Notes under the pieces: generated by a model
The model's database searches: none
Seen by the model: the letters and a program-made list of their open reading frames with translations, nothing else
Told to the model about the DNA's origin: nothing
NCBI GenBank assembly: GCA_013239625.1
Contig: MU054188.1
Span: forward strand, 11,310-60,589
Origin: Lama guanicoe
Lineage: Eukaryota
Length of the DNA stretch: 49,280 nucleotides
Direction of reading: 5' to 3'
Program-made: the position numbers and the translations under genes
Shown: in pieces, positions 23,911-38,150 of the stretch
How the letters are laid out: the number at the start of each line of letters is the position of its first letter
Numbering within the stretch: the first letter of the stretch is position 1

Positions 23911-26900
23911 CTTAGAAAGCCTGCCATCTATTCTTTAAATGAACTTGACTGTGATGGGAGGAGGGTGGGTTGGGATTTCCTTCAGAATGATAGACCAGGT
24001 TCCCTGAACAGATCTGCTGCTAAAGAAACAACTCAAAATGCTCAGTAATCTGGCAAGAAAGTGAAGGCTCAAGTCAAAAACTAAGGAACGGAGAGAGGAA
24101 AATAGAGTGCCAAAGCTGGCTTTCACCTTGAGAACCTGAACTTTGGTGTTCTGACGGTGAGCAGGATACAGGGGCCCAAAGACAAAGCCCAGGCCTGCCC
24201 GTGGTAGGGGAATCTATGAAATCGTCCTCTGCTCCAAGCTGAGAACCACAAGGGGTAATAACACACTCAGTTGAAGGATGAACTAGAAATAATTCACTCC
24301 TCCAGGAGACCTCAAGGAAATTTGCCTGACTTGAACCTTGACTCTGAAAAACCTACACACTACTTAGATTCAAGTGGGCCTGGGCTGGTAGTACCCCCTG
24401 GTAGTAACTGGAAGGAAGAAGAGGAAATCATCTCTAGAGGAACCCACCTTCAACTTAGGGTACAAGGAATTCTCACAGACAAAATTCCAAAAAAGATAAG
24501 CTATATAGTCAAAAATCCAAAAACAATTAAACAAGGCTAAGAGAAAAATAAGAGTCAACCCAGAATTGCATACTCATAGAAAATGTCTTCCAAAAATGAG
24601 ATCTAAAAAAAAGAATATATAAGTTATATATTAATTTATGCATACATTATTAATTGTCAGATATTCACTAATAGAAGAGAAACAGACTATATAACTTCCA
24701 GGTTAAGAAAAGGAAGAAAATGGAATGAGAAAACATAATCCATCTAAAAGGAGGCAAGAAAGGGGGAGCGGGGAAAGGATAGTATTAAGGTGGGATAAAT
24801 AAAAAGCACAAAATAAGATGGTGAAAATAAATTAAAATACATCTGGGATTACAAGAAATATGCATGGGCTAAATAATCCAAATTAAAAATACGGATTTCT
24901 AGACTAGAAAAGAGAAAGAGAGAAAGAGAGAGGATTTCCAGAGGATAGACAAAGTCACAGTAGTGTTTGCTGTATTTTGTTGCTTTAATAAGAAGGGAGA
25001 GATTGCAACTTAGGCTGCAATAAAGGAGCCAGGAGGAGTTCAAGTATACAAGAAGAAGAAAAAATAAGTGATGGAGCCAGAACTCAGGGTGGACGGGGAG
25101 CACAAGATGAAGACCCAGAGGTACAGGGGGTAGCCTTGGCCTGAAAGAAAATACTCCTTCCCAGAAGCTGGAGGAAGGAGATTGAACAAAGAAAGTTTAG
25201 AGGCATGAGAGGTCACCTGGATGTTCTCAATCAAGTTGCAGGCATGGCTCTCTGTTTTGGTCAGGAGGCAGGACAGCATATGATGGCGGATGTGCTTGAA
25301 GAGAGTAGTGAGAATTTGTAAAAGCCACTGGGAAGAATAGGAATGGTGCCCAGGAACACAGAAAAGCAGAAGGGAATTTCCAGGGTGGCACTGGGGCCCA
25401 GGCAGAGCTGCTGAACGTTAATGAGGTCATAACGAGCCTCTTTGATGGTATAGTTTCCCCTAGATGTGCTCAGCAGCCCAGAGTTTGAGCTGAAGCGGGC
25501 GTGTTTGGAAGCTGACAGGGTGGGGGTAGCAGCGTAGGGACTGGTGGGAGGACAGGTGGGCCAGGGAGTTGAGGATGCAGAGAGAGGGGAGCTTAGGCAA
25601 CAGAAGGAACTTGAATGAGATGCGGCTGGTGGCTGAGGATGGGAGGCTGGTTGGAGGGACCGCTATGGACCTGAGAAGCACCAGGGACCTGATACATACC
25701 GTCAGCAGCTGCAGTCTGTGCTCGTTGGCCCCATGGGATGGTGCTGAGCTCTGCTGTTCTTAAAGAAAATCTTCCCCAGGCTTTTCCCCCCTGACTTTAT
25801 GCTCCAGAGGCCATTGCATGGTTTTAGATGACTTTAACCCTCACACTGACCTTATTCCAGCCCAGTACCTCCTTGGTAAATAGGCCCAGTGCCCTCAGCC
25901 TTGATGATTCATGCTTCAGTTTCTATTGAGGCGTGCCCAGTGGCCAAGCAGGATGGCTCTCCTGGGCATTCTCCCTCCGCTGTGGACCTCTGAGCTTTCA
26001 CCTGTCTGCCACTCCCTCTTCTCCGTGCCTCCGATGAAGCCCCATCCAGAGCCTCATACACACACCTCTGGCATGGCGAGTGCTGCAACCTCCTACCTCC
26101 TGGCCACCCTTCCTACAGTCACCAGTCAGGCCACTAAAAAACCCGTGTTCCCAGAAAGCCCCTCTCACTTTGTCATCTCCCTTCTTGAGAACATACAGGC
26201 TCCCTATTGCCCATAACACCAAGCCAAACGCATGGCGTTCTAAATCTAGAGGGGATTTTCAGGAATTATTTAGTCTGATCCGATTGTTTCACAGATGGGG
26301 AAACCGAGGTCCAGGAAGATAAGCGACTTGTCCAAGACAAAACCAAAACTGGCAGTCAAGACCTCTACATGACGAGTACTTAGTATTCATCTGGACTTAC
26401 TTCCCCTACACATAAAAATAGCATAGACAGGCGACCACTTACTGTGCCAAGAGCTCTTTGTGGATTATTTATTTAATCTTCCCAACAACCCACGGGAGTG
26501 GTACTACTGTTCACCCCATTGTGCAGATGGGGAGCCGAGGTATACAGAAATTAGACACCTTGCCCGAGGTCACCCAGCTAATCCCAGTCCTGACAGCTCT
26601 CCTACCATGCTGGCTCCTCTCTCTGTCTCTCAAGCCCTCCTGCTCGTGCACACTTACCCCCGACAAGCACACCCGCCAAGTCCTCTCTCACGGCCTTCCC
26701 CCAACTCGGACAGCTCCTGCTCCCCCTTTTCCATCTGGATTATGAGAGTGTATCACTCTCACCTGCTTCATCCTCTTCTCCTAGATAAGCACACGGTCTG
26801 CCCTCTGGCCACAGGTGATTGCCCCAGGGATGGGCATCTGAACCAAGGGAAAGTAGTAAATAGTTTGGCCAAGCTATTCTGCTTCTCTTTCATGAGCATT

Positions 26901-29900
26901 TGAACTAAGGAGGCGTAGAAACAGTTCCTTGGATGGTGGCAGGAGCTATCTAGTAGTCCCTGGAAGCCACCCTGGGCCATGTTGTATGAGGATAACCTGG
27001 GAGAAGAGAGTGGAGTAGAGCCAAGGCAGGGAGAAGGAGGGCAGGTGGTTACCACGTGTGGCTGTGCACACACACCCTCCAGCCTCACCCCCTCTAACAG
27101 CCCAATTGTCCTCAGCACATACCCAGCCCAGGGTCTTCTGAGAGCCCATGAGATCTGGCCATATTCTCCCATACCAGTTTCTCTGAGATTCCAATGTATC
27201 TTTCCAGGAAATGCCCTATTTTCACTTCCACTGCTTCAAGCGTATTGGTCCTTGTAGCGTAGGAGGCCTGCTCAAGGAATTCTACCCACCCTTCAGAACG
27301 AGCTGAGAGCCTGACTCCTCCAGGAAGCCCTCCCCCCTCCTGGGTGCATTGCCTCTCTTTCCCCAGACAGATCATAAACCCTACCGCTTCTGTTTCCCTC
27401 CCAATAAATACCAACTTTGGGGCCCTCATGTCTAATCTCACTGTCTGAAGCTGGACTCTATTGCTGCCATTTTATGCTGTAGCCAATCCGTGCATCCAGC
27501 CATCATTTATTGATCCTGGGAACATGCACTGAGTGTCTTTGTGCCAGGCCTTGGGCTAGACCCTGGGAATGAGTCAGATGAGGTTTTTAGTTCTTTGCCC
27601 TCCAGGAGTTCACAGTCCAGGAGGGAAATCCAGATTCCTCTTGCCAGACTGGTCACAACAACACAGCCTCCGGTTTCATGATCCCAGCCGCACGCACACA
27701 CACATATGCACACCCAGACGTGACTAGGAGCCCTGTCACATCGTCACACACACCCAGACACGGGCTCTATCTTGTCTTCTCCCCGTTCCTCCATCCCCTT
27801 CCTCACATCAAGTGCCCACCTGTCTTGGGCCTGATCCCACACTCACAGTGCTCACTGCTCAGTAAGATGCCCTGGAGTTCCCGCTCCACTCTCCCTCCTC
27901 TTTGATCATTCTGCGGTACGGGAATGGACACTATAGTCTGAGTGTGTGAGTGCCTTTATGCTATTTTAAGACCCCAGCACTTTTTGAAAACCTGGTGGAG
28001 ACACTGCCAAAGCCGGAGGGCGGGGGAGGGGGGGCTGAGCAACTTGAGCCCGGGGCGACTGGGCGTCTGCGAGCCAGGTTAGCGGAGCCAGCTGCAGAGC
28101 CTCGGCTCCAGCCTACCCTGTGAACTGCTGGCTGCCCGGCCCGGTCCGGCCCAGCCCGAACCAGGCCTCCAGCTTCTCTAGGCCATGTCCAGCCCTCATC
28201 CCTCCCCAGGAGTTGCTTAGGAGTTTGCACACCAGGCAGCAGGTAAAATTGTTTGTGTTTCTGGAAACACACACGCAGAGAAGCCTTGAAATTCTTCTTG
28301 GAACAGGCCCAGGGATTTATTTACGAAATTCCCAGGGGGTGGAAGAGACAGAAGTCTGGACTTTGCGGACTGAGTGCTGTGCCGTCAGCTCATCAACATA
28401 ACCAGCGGCTCTGGTGTGCGCTTACTAGATGCCCACCGCTTGCTGGGGCCAGGCGGGAGGGGAGAGGGTGCAGCTGAGTGTGCACAGGTGCTCCGTCCTC
28501 AAGGCAGCAGGGCTGCCCTCCCCGCCAGCCTCACAAGAGGGAAAAGCAAACAGAATATTGACGTATTTTGGCTATGGTCTCCCACCCTCTCCCACCAACC
28601 TCCACTTCCTTTCTTTCTGGTTCTCCCTCTCAACTTCTTGCCCACTGCACTGCGGAGTTCGTGCTGTCCTGTGGATGGGTGCCTGGGTCCTCTAAAGAAA
28701 GGCTAGTTTCTCCACAGGTGAGAAATTGAGAGCTGTCCGTCCTGTGCCTCCCGCCCTGGATCGTTCTGTTCTGATCCCAGGCAGTGTGGCCAGCTGCTGC
28801 AGAAAGCTGGGGTGTCCAGGCCTCTTAGGATGGTTTCCAAGTCATCCCCAGGTACAGACGTGCTAGGGGTGCTTCAGAGGGGAACTGGATGGAGGCAGAT
28901 GGTCAGGCTGATGGAGTCGGGGACATAGCCTTAGTTTTGCTTCCAGTGGAAAAGTGTGTAGAAGCTTCCTGCTGCAAGACAGGCTTCAGGTCTCTGCCTC
29001 TTATCCAGCCCACAATCTGAGAGGGAACTTGGCAGGACCTGAGGTTCTGTTGCTGCAGTTGACTCTGGAGAGGTGGGAAGGGGTGGGTCTAAATGTGTCT
29101 TTAGTTTTCCAAGTGTGCCCCACCTTTCAGGAGGAAGTTACAGGATCAATATCTGTGCAACGCCTGATCTTATGCAAATATCATGATTTTACCTCGTGAC
29201 TTTAGACATAATCTGCCAGGTGGAAATATGAAATGGTCTGGCAGAGATGAGACAGAACAACAGACAGTTAGACAGAAGACCACTGCACTTTCTGCAGGGA
29301 TTGTAGGACTTTTAAAAATCAAAGGTCACCACGCAGAAAATAATCAAATCAGAGGACAGCTCATTAAATATATTAAGTGAAAAATAGACACTGGAGGAAC
29401 ACTGGGGATAGTGTCTTTTAGGGACGACAGAGCCTTCGTTAACTACCCTAAGCAGCCTAGGCTCCAAGCTTGGCGGTTTAGGCTCCCCACTCTGTTCAGG
29501 AAAAAACATCCCCTAAAGTCCCAGTGGCCTCACAGACTTCTGGAAGTTTCTTCTTCCGTTGGGAAGCCCCAGCCTGGTTACGCAGAGTGAGCTGGGGTGG
29601 GGAGACGTGCCTTCTAGCAGCCTCTCCCAGGTGAGGCAAGCAGGTGTGGGCGGGCTCACTGGCCTGGGAAGCCTGTTGTGAGTAGGCGGGCCCACTCCTG
29701 GCTGGGAGGAGGACAGTGTCAGCCTGCCAGGGCCTGTGTGTGTGTGTGTGCATGTGTGTTGGCACAGTGCTAAAGGCACAGGAACACCTGCCCCCACCCC
29801 CTCCACACACACCCCCCTAAAGCTATACTAAGCAACCATTACCTGCCTCTCAAGGCTTATGGGAAAATGTACCCAGGTGAAGATATATTCATCTGAAGAA

Positions 29901-29924
29901 GGTCTACTATTTCCTTAGTAGAAG

Positions 29925-30100
29925 AAAGACCATGGGCTCTGGGTTCAGACAGATCCGAGTTCAAATCCCCGCTCTGCTCCTTACTAGCTTTGTAATTCAG
30001 AGCCTATCGCTTGGCCTCCCTGAACTTTGGGTTCCTTATCTGTAATATGGGAAGAATAAGTTTCGTCTTGCAAAAATTTTATGAGGATGGAATGAAATTG
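29925..30100 (+). mobile_element. MIR SINE
   Basis: 'gggctctgggttcagacagatccgagttcaaatccccgctctgctccttactagc...ttccttatctgtaatatggg'. Confidence 0.8.
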
Positions 30101-30186
30101 TCCTTTATGAATTGCCAAGGGCTGTATACAGGAGAGTTACGACGTCCAAGAGGTCCATGATACAGGCACTGAGGGCAGACTGCCAG

Positions 30187-30300
30187 TTTTTTCTTTTTAA
30201 CATTTTCTTATTGAGTTATAGTCATTTTACAATGTTATGTCAAATTCCGGTACAAAGCACAATTTTTCAGTTATACATGAACATACATATATTCATTGTC

Positions 30301-30302
<2 letters not shown>
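30187..30302 (-). mobile_element. Short, lineage-type L1 3' end
   Basis: Minus strand 'gtgacaatgaatatatgtatgttcatgtataactgaaaaattgtgc...gacataacattgtaaaatgactataactcaataag' followed by an A-rich tail. Confidence 0.7.
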
Positions 30303-30379
<77 letters not shown>

Positions 30380-30413
30380 TTTTTTTGTATAGTGGTTTTT
30401 TTTTTTTTTTTTT
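30303..30413. repeat. Poly(T) tract (76 uninterrupted T, 111 bp in total)
   Basis: T run at 30303-30378, then interrupted T runs to 30413. Confidence 0.95.
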
Positions 30414-31308
30414 CTAAATCAGAGTCGATACAGCAGCACATTTAATGGTGTCTGGCCATGGTAAGTGCTCTAGACGTGTCAGGTACTGTTCTGGGGACGG
30501 CCTAGCACAGGGTCTGTACTCACACCTCTGTGGTCTCTGTCTCAGGGCACAGCCCCACCGTGGAGCCCCTGTTCCAGCCTGCCTTGCCTGTGGCTTCTGA
30601 CCAGCTTTTCTTACCATAAAATCTGCTTTTCCCTCAAGCTGGTCCTTTCCAGGCGTGCTGTTGTCATGGGAACCTACAGAGGCCGCCCGGGTTCGGGGGA
30701 GGAAGAGGTTGTGGATAAAAGCCAAAGAATCCCACCGCTGCTCTGCAGCCCCTGCAACAGTAGGCTAGCCAGCAGTCCAGCCATCCCCCACCAGGATCAT
30801 TCCAGACAACGGGGGCGCCAGAGGGAGGGGTTTATGGGGGCTCACCCCTGCCCAGCCACGCCACTGGCCTGGTGGGTGAAAGCCACCACTCAGCACTCTC
30901 CACCACCACGTCTCCATCCTCTTGTCAGAAATGGATGCTGGTGCTGAGCACCACTGTTTCCTGCTGGAGCTGAACAAATGTCTGGCTCAGAATAGGGATT
31001 TATAATTGATATATTACTACCCTTCACCTTCAAGACAAACTACATAACTCCAGAGTAGGTATCACTGGCCCCACTCTACAGATGAGGAAACTGAGGCTTT
31101 AGAACATCTAAGTGAATTGCCTGAGTCCTTTAGCCAGTAAAATGTGGAACCAGCACCTGGAACCCAAGTCTTCTTTGCCATTGCCCTGAAATGCCTGGGA
31201 CTCAGGGGGCCTTGCCCTGGACAGTGCAGGCAAGGGAGGGAGGAGGGCCAATAGCTGGTCCCCATAACCCAGTGTGTACCATCTGTCTTTCCTCTCAGAA
31301 GTGATTCT

Positions 31309-31397
31309 TTTTCTTCTTCTTTCTTTCTTTTTTTACTTTATTTATTTATTTAATTTTTTATTGAAGTCTAGTTGATTTACAATGTTAGTTTCAGGAG
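31309..31397 (-). mobile_element. Very short L1 3' end insertion with TSD
   Basis: T-rich tail then 'ttattgaagtctagttgatttacaatgttagtttcagg'. GTGATTCT is repeated at 31301-31308 and 31401-31408. Confidence 0.7.
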
Positions 31398-33199
31398 GAG
31401 GTGATTCTGAGGGGGCAAAAAAACCACTCCCCTCTCCTCCCCCACTAAAATTCCACTCAAAAATTAAGGCAGCCATTTTTCTTTTAAGAATCCTAAAGAG
31501 TTTCTAAACTTGGATCTCATAATTCCATCCCTAGGAATGATCCCAAATATATCCAGTATATCCACATACTTATTAACCCTATAGTTTCAGTTGTAGGAAT
31601 TCGTCCCAGAGGAATATTGTAATCAGACACCTGCATAGAGATTTGAAGATTAGGAATGTCATCACAGCTTCAGCTGAAATAGAAAAATATCGGTAACAAA
31701 CGAAGATTCAAAAATCTTCATGTAGGTACACCTATATAAAGGGTTGTAGAAAACGTAATCAAACCAAAAGATTATGATATACAGTTAAAACGGGGAAAAG
31801 CAGGTTATAAATTATGTAGTATAGTATAATCTAATACTGATTTTTAAATTATCATAAAAAATGGCTGGAAGGATATTTAGCAAAATGTTTACAAGAGGTA
31901 TCTCTGGGTGGTGAAAAAGAATAGCCTTATCCACAAAGACATATACTGCAGCATGATTTACGATGGAAAAAATACAGGATGATGATATATTACATAATAT
32001 GTTGTATTAAACATTATGCAGTCATTAAAATGATTATGAAGTCTGTATAGAAATATTAAATGTTTATGACATAAGTGAAAAATATTGGACACAAAGTAGA
32101 ATGTGCACCATGATTATAAGTATGTAAATTATGTATGCAATTAAAATATTTGCTTCAGTTTGGTAGCATGAGATTATACACAACTTGTTCCTTTCTTTCA
32201 AAATTACTAAAATATTATACTTTACCTGTTCAATTAAAAAAAATATTCATGGGATGATACAGTACTAAGGCCCTCCTTACTATTCTAGAGAAATGGATGC
32301 AGAGTTCTGAATTCCCTTCCTCAGTCCTCACCTCGTTCATCCTTTGACTGTATTGATAATAATATTATTGTAATTATTTCTTGGTGACCTACCATATGTA
32401 TGTATATGTACCTCACTTCAAACTTTCATGTTAACACTGTAAGATAGGTAAATTATGTAGGACTTTGTTGATTCTAAATAATAGAAACCCAGTTTAGCTA
32501 TTTAAGAAAAAACATTTTTGTTCTTCTTTAAGAATGCAGGGGTTTCTCCCAGACTCAGTGCAGCTGGTCTCAGGCAGTGCCTAGAAACAGGATGTCAAAG
32601 GGATAAGACCCTTTCTTGGTTCCCAGGCCTTTGCGGAAACCTTTGCTTCCATTGTCTTTGATGCAGGCCAGCCTTCTCGGCATCCCGTCCGCACAGAAAC
32701 ATCTGACTCCTGACAGCCATTAAATCTATGCTCCGTCCAACTGCACAGGGAAGATTCCAGTGTGATGCTCTCTGGGTCCCACTTGGAGGGTCTTTGGTTC
32801 CCACTCTGGGCCTAGAGGTAGGAACTGATGGTAGCTGGGTGTCCTGGCCCAGTTATCTGTAAAGAGTGGGCTTGATCATGTTGTACAAACATGACTGCCA
32901 GGGACCACCTCTGTTCCTATAGAAATAGGGAAGAAAGGGCAATTCCCAGAAAAAAATGTGTGAGGGTGGATAGGTGGAAGAGGGTCAGGTGGTTGTAAAG
33001 AAAAATCTACATATGCCAGACACAGTGGGTATTGTTATTCCTCTTTCTACAAATGAGGACAGATTCAGAGAGATTAGCCGGTCAACAGGCTCAAGGTAAC
33101 ACAGAGCTTGAAAACAACAGAGCTGGAATTCAAACCCAGGTCTGCCTCTCTCCAAAGTCCACTTCATCACACAATACACATTACTGATGCAAGTAATCA

Positions 33200-34400
33200 G
33201 ACCAAGAGTGTCCTAGACAGAGGGAGAGTATTGCAAAGGCCCACAGGCAAAGGGAACTGTGGGTCTAAGGAGCTGAAAGGAAGAAGTCCAGTGTGGCTGG
33301 GACACAAAGGTGGAGGAGGGCCACGGAAGGAGACGTGGCCAGAGTTGTGGGCCGGGTCAGGTCCAGCCATAAGGGCCTGCTAATAAAGAGTTTGGACTTT
33401 ACCCTGAGGGCAGTGACATTCAATGGAGCGCATTATAGAGTGTTGATTTGTGTTTTAGAGGAACTTCTCCAGCTGCGGTGTGAAGGATAAGCTGGAAGGG
33501 CTAGATGGATGCAGGAGAGCAGGGGGATGCTCCACTAACCGAGAGGAGAGATGCTGATAGCTGGGGCCAGGCTGGGGACAGAGATAAGCGGACGGAGTTA
33601 GAGTTGGGAGTTGGATAATTGATAGAATGGACAAGAATTTGTGTTTAATTGATAGAGGGGTAATGATTGGGAGAAAGCGGTCATGATCGAATCTCCTATG
33701 TTTGCTTGGATAGTAATACCATTCTCTGAACAGCAGAGGCAGAGCAATGTTTGGGGTGACAGGTAACGAGCTCTGTTTTGGACATGATGAATTTGAGAAG
33801 TCTGGGAGACATCCAAGGAGATGTCCGGAAACAGCTGCGTCTTGAGGTCTAGAGCTCAGAATGGAGGTGTGGGCTGGAGACACAGATTTGGAAGTCATCA
33901 TCAGTGAGCCTTAAAGCCAAGGTGCGATGAGCTCATGCAGGGGGCGTGTGTAGGTGGAGAAGAGGACCTGGAACAGAACACTGGGAACACCAGCACTTTC
34001 AGGAGAGGTAATGAAGAGTGGCCTTCTAAGATGTTTCAGATGAGCCCCTGGCGAGGGAGGAGAGAGACTGGCAGCAGCAGCGCAGGCAGCATGTGGCAGG
34101 AAAGCCAAGAGGTGGGAGTGGTCAGCAGTCAAATGTTGCCAGGTAGTTAACAAAGGAAAGACTGATAAGGGTGCCTTGGATTTTGCAGCAAGGAGGCCAG
34201 TGGTAACCTCCAGGAGATCTGCTTCCATGCAGAGCCAGAAGGTGGTGGGCTGGGGAGTGAGTGGGAGGCGCGGAAGCAGAGACTTCACCAGTGAATGTGA
34301 CCATGAAGGGGAAGGGAGAGAGATTGGGGTAATTTGAAGCAGGGTGGGGGTGGAGTGTTTTGTTGCAGCAAGTTTACACCCCAGCGGGACAGACTCCATA
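33200..34400 (-). mobile_element. L2 LINE fragment
   Basis: Antisense L2 hallmarks 'gagtttggactttaccctgagggcagtg', 'gagctctgttttggacatgatgaatttgag' and 'gggctggagacacagatttggaagtcatca'. Confidence 0.75.
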
Positions 34401-35531
34401 AAGAAGGCCACGTTGAGGATTCATTTCAAAAAGTGAAGGGCCATGAAGTGTGAGAACCTGAAAGGGGGACCTGAGAAGGGAGAGGTTTGGATACAATGAG
34501 TTTATAGGTTTGGTGTCTGCAGTTGAGAGCACCCTGGGGCTTCCATTTCCTACACGGAAAAAGGCAAAATCCGTTGCAATCTGAGAGTCATAGCCTTCTC
34601 ATTTACACAACTGTGATAAATCCCTTTTTTGTGTTTTTTACCTCAATACTAGGAGTCGAATTGTCAATTTCAAAAAAATTGAATTTTTATTAAAATACAA
34701 TAAAAGTGCAAATCCGGTAGAATTGTGGAAGGGCTAGTTTGAATGAATATTGGTTTAAAAAAAGAGAAATAATTTTTATTCATTTTTAGGTACATACAGT
34801 AACAGAAAATATTACCTCGTGGTTGGGAAAGAATGATTTGTAATTAGCATAGAAATTGTTTGGAATGTAAATTAGTTTTTCTGAAGTACTTGACTATGCT
34901 TAAAAACAGTACTTTCGTATTTCAAGAATTCCCCTTGCGGGGTGAAACCACTTTATATCTATTTTAAGACCTTGTTAAGTCGGCTTAAATGTAGTTCAAT
35001 TTTTTTTTTTTTTCTGGAAAAGATACCGGCTACATCAGAACACAGTTTCTGGCGAAGGTAAGATTGTGCCACTGTGCACCGCACGGCGCTTTCCAAAGGC
35101 CATTTCCACCAGAGAGCAGATCTGATTGCTGGAGATTGTTACTAAGGGAACGGTGGGCGTGAATATAAATTTCATTTCACAAAAGACCTAACCAAAGTAT
35201 TGATCCAAAGGGAGCAGCCAGTAAGTACAGGATGAGGAGTCTTTTTCTAATTGAAATAAATACATATATACACACTTATCGATACATATATGTGCACACA
35301 CACGTATATCTGCTATCACAGGCTCTGCCCTTGTCCTGCAAATCTCTCTTTTTTTGCTGCTGCACAGATGAGGAGGCAGGGAACGTCAGAGAGCCAGGGG
35401 CTGGGGAGAGTAGTTGCCTTTCTCTGCATTCATTGGAGAAAGGGACAGAGCGAGCGGTATTGACACCAAGCCGGCCTGTAGCTCTGGCGGACTGAAGCTT
35501 CGAACACTACCGTGAGGACAGTGCACTCTTG

Positions 35532-35535
<4 letters not shown>

Positions 35536-35577
<42 letters not shown>
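35536..35577. repeat. (GAT)14 microsatellite
   Basis: Perfect GAT run; explains the poly-D and poly-M ORFs. Confidence 0.97.
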
Positions 35578-35579
<2 letters not shown>

Positions 35580-36024
35580 ATCAAACAACAGTTCTGCCAG
35601 GCCCCTTGCCCAACACGATCACGATTCCTCACAACCACCTTCTGTATTACCCGCATTTCAAGGTGAGGAAGCCAAGTGTTCCGTGCTGTTTCATGCCCAG
35701 CATCACAAGCTCCTGGGTGGCTGAGTCAGGACCCAAAAGCAGCGCTTGTGGGTTTTGTTTTCTTCAGCACCCTGCCTCCTGCCCCCTGCCCTGTACGGGC
35801 CTCAGGTTAATCATGCTGGTTAACCATGTTATCATCTCTGGGTTTTATTTTCCAGCTCTTTTTCCAATCCCCTTTTCAACCTCCATCCACCTTGTTCCCC
35901 TCACCCCACAAGCATTCTAGCAAGCTTGCTTCTCATCCTTAAGTGCATGCATATCCTTGTTAAGAATGTAGCATTGTTTTGAATATGTATGAATTCTGTT
36001 ATTATTGTGTGTGTGTGTATGTGT

Positions 36025-38150
36025 GTGTTAAGAACACTTGACATAAGGTCTCCCCTCTTAGCATGTCTTTATACAATACAGTATTGTTAACTAGAAGCTC
36101 TATGCTGCACAGCAGATCTCTAGGCCCTGTTCATCTTGCCTAAGTGAAACTTTGTACCCTCTGAGTACTACCACGCCATTGCCCCCTCACCCCAGGACTG
36201 CTAACCGCCATCTGCTTTCTTCTTCTATGAGCGTGACTATTTTAGATTCCTCGCGTAAGTGGTGTCCTGTAGTTTGTGTCCTTCTGCGCCTGGCTTATTT
36301 CATTTAACATCACATCCTCTAGGTTTATCTACGCTGTTGCAAATGGCAGGATTTCCTTCTTTTTAAATATTAACATTAAAATTAATTAATGGCTGGAGAA
36401 TGTTCCTTTGTGTGTATATACTAGCTTTCCTTTATCCATTTGTCTGTCGACGGACGTTCAGTTTGGCTGTTGTGAAAAGTGCTGCGATGAACACGGAAGT
36501 GCAGATGCCTCTTTGGGATCCTGATTTCAATTCTGTTGGGTATATACCCGGAAGTGGGATTGCTGGATCAGATGATGGTTTTATCACGCATTCTAAATTC
36601 ACATGAAAGGCACTGTGCTATAACCTTCATTCTCTTTTTGCCAGTCAGTTCTACATTTTAAAGGTCTACCCATGTTGCTGTGTGTATATCTGGTTCCTTG
36701 CTTCTGATGGATGACGTAATACTTTGAAATACTCATCCACATTTTACTTATCCATTCCCCCAGCGATGGACACGGAGTTGACTCCAGCCCCCCGATACCA
36801 CGCACGCTGCTGTGTTGGACTTCCTCACGCTTGTCCCCCTGTGGACCTGTATGAGAATGTCTCTGAGAGATGAACCCAGAAGGGGAGCCATGAGGTCGGA
36901 TGGCATCGGCATACCCCCTTTCACTACGTAATGCTAAAATGGCTACGCCAGCTCATGCTTCTACAGGCACTGAACAAGAGATCCTGTTTCCCCACCTCCT
37001 TGCTAACACTTGACATTACTCATTTTTCTAATTTTGCCATTTTGGTGGATGCTAGTTGCTATGTTATTAAACGTGCATTTGTCTGATCACTAGTGAGTGT
37101 GAGCCTTCCATACCTGTTAGTCATTTGGGCTTCTTTTTCTGTGACTGGCTCTCCATGTCTTTGGCCCATTTTAAAAAATTGAGTCTTGTTGATTTCCAGG
37201 ACTTCCTCATAAATTGTAGATATTATTCTCATATTATAGATGCTCATGCTTAACAGTTTTAGGGATTGCAAATATCTCTTTTGGTCTACAATCTATTTAA
37301 TCATTTTATTAATTTATTAATGTTAAAAATTTATTTGTGGTGTATTGTGGAAGCATGAATTGGTATCATCATATTCATATATTTCTTCATTTTATTGTTT
37401 GTGTTTTAAGGGTCTTGGTTTTTAAAATATATTTAATTATTTATTTTTTAAAATTTTAATGGCGGTACTGGGGATTGAACCCAGGACTTTGTGCATGCTA
37501 AGCTCACACTCTATCACTGAGCTGTACTCTCCTCACCTCAAGGGTCTTGTTTAAGTCTTTCCCCACCCCTCGGTCACAAGGATATTCTCTTACATCTTCT
37601 TTTACTAACCTTATAGTGCTCCCTTTCACATTTTGGTCCTTAAACCATTTGGAGTCCATCTTTGTGTATGATGTAAGGTAGAGACCCAATCTTTTCCCCT
37701 CAAAATGGTGATCCAGTTTTTCCAACACTATTGAAACAAACCAGCCTTTCATCACTAATATTTAAACAGCTTTATTGAGATATAATTCAGATAGCATACA
37801 GTTTGCCCATTTAAAGTGGCTTTCAGCATACTCACAGAATTGTACAATTATTCTCACAATAAATTTACAACATTCTCATCTCTCCTGAAAAAAAAAAGCC
37901 CACTATACCCTTTAGCTACTATCTTCACTATTTTTGATGCCACCTTTGGCACATATCAATTCTCAGGTGTGTATGGTTCTGTTTCTGGGCCCTTTATTAC
38001 GTTCCACCTGTCCATCTGTCAGTGTGTCCAATTGTCAGGTAGTATTCTATTTCTATTACTATGGCTTGTCTTACATCTTACTGTCTGTGAGGGCAAGTCT
38101 CCCCTCTTCACACTTTTCCAAAATTGACTTGGACAAATTCACATATCCTT
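36025..38150 (-). mobile_element. Cluster of nested old L1 (L1M) fragments
   Basis: Antisense L1 3' motifs 'gtgactattttagattcc..gtccttctgcgcctggcttatttcatttaacat', 'tatacccggaagtgggattgctggatc' and 'aacagctttattgagatataattc'. Confidence 0.7.
37418..37539 (-). mobile_element. Camelid tRNA-Ala-derived SINE (vic-1 type) with TSD
   Basis: Minus strand ggagagtacagctcagtgatagagtgtgagcttagcatgcacaaagtcctgggttcaatccccagtacc (A and B boxes) plus AT-rich tail. TSD AAGGGTCTTG at 37408-37417 and 37540-37549. Confidence 0.88.

Noticed and set aside
35512..35920. Poly-Asp and poly-Met ORFs
   Set aside because: They are produced by the (GAT)14 microsatellite.
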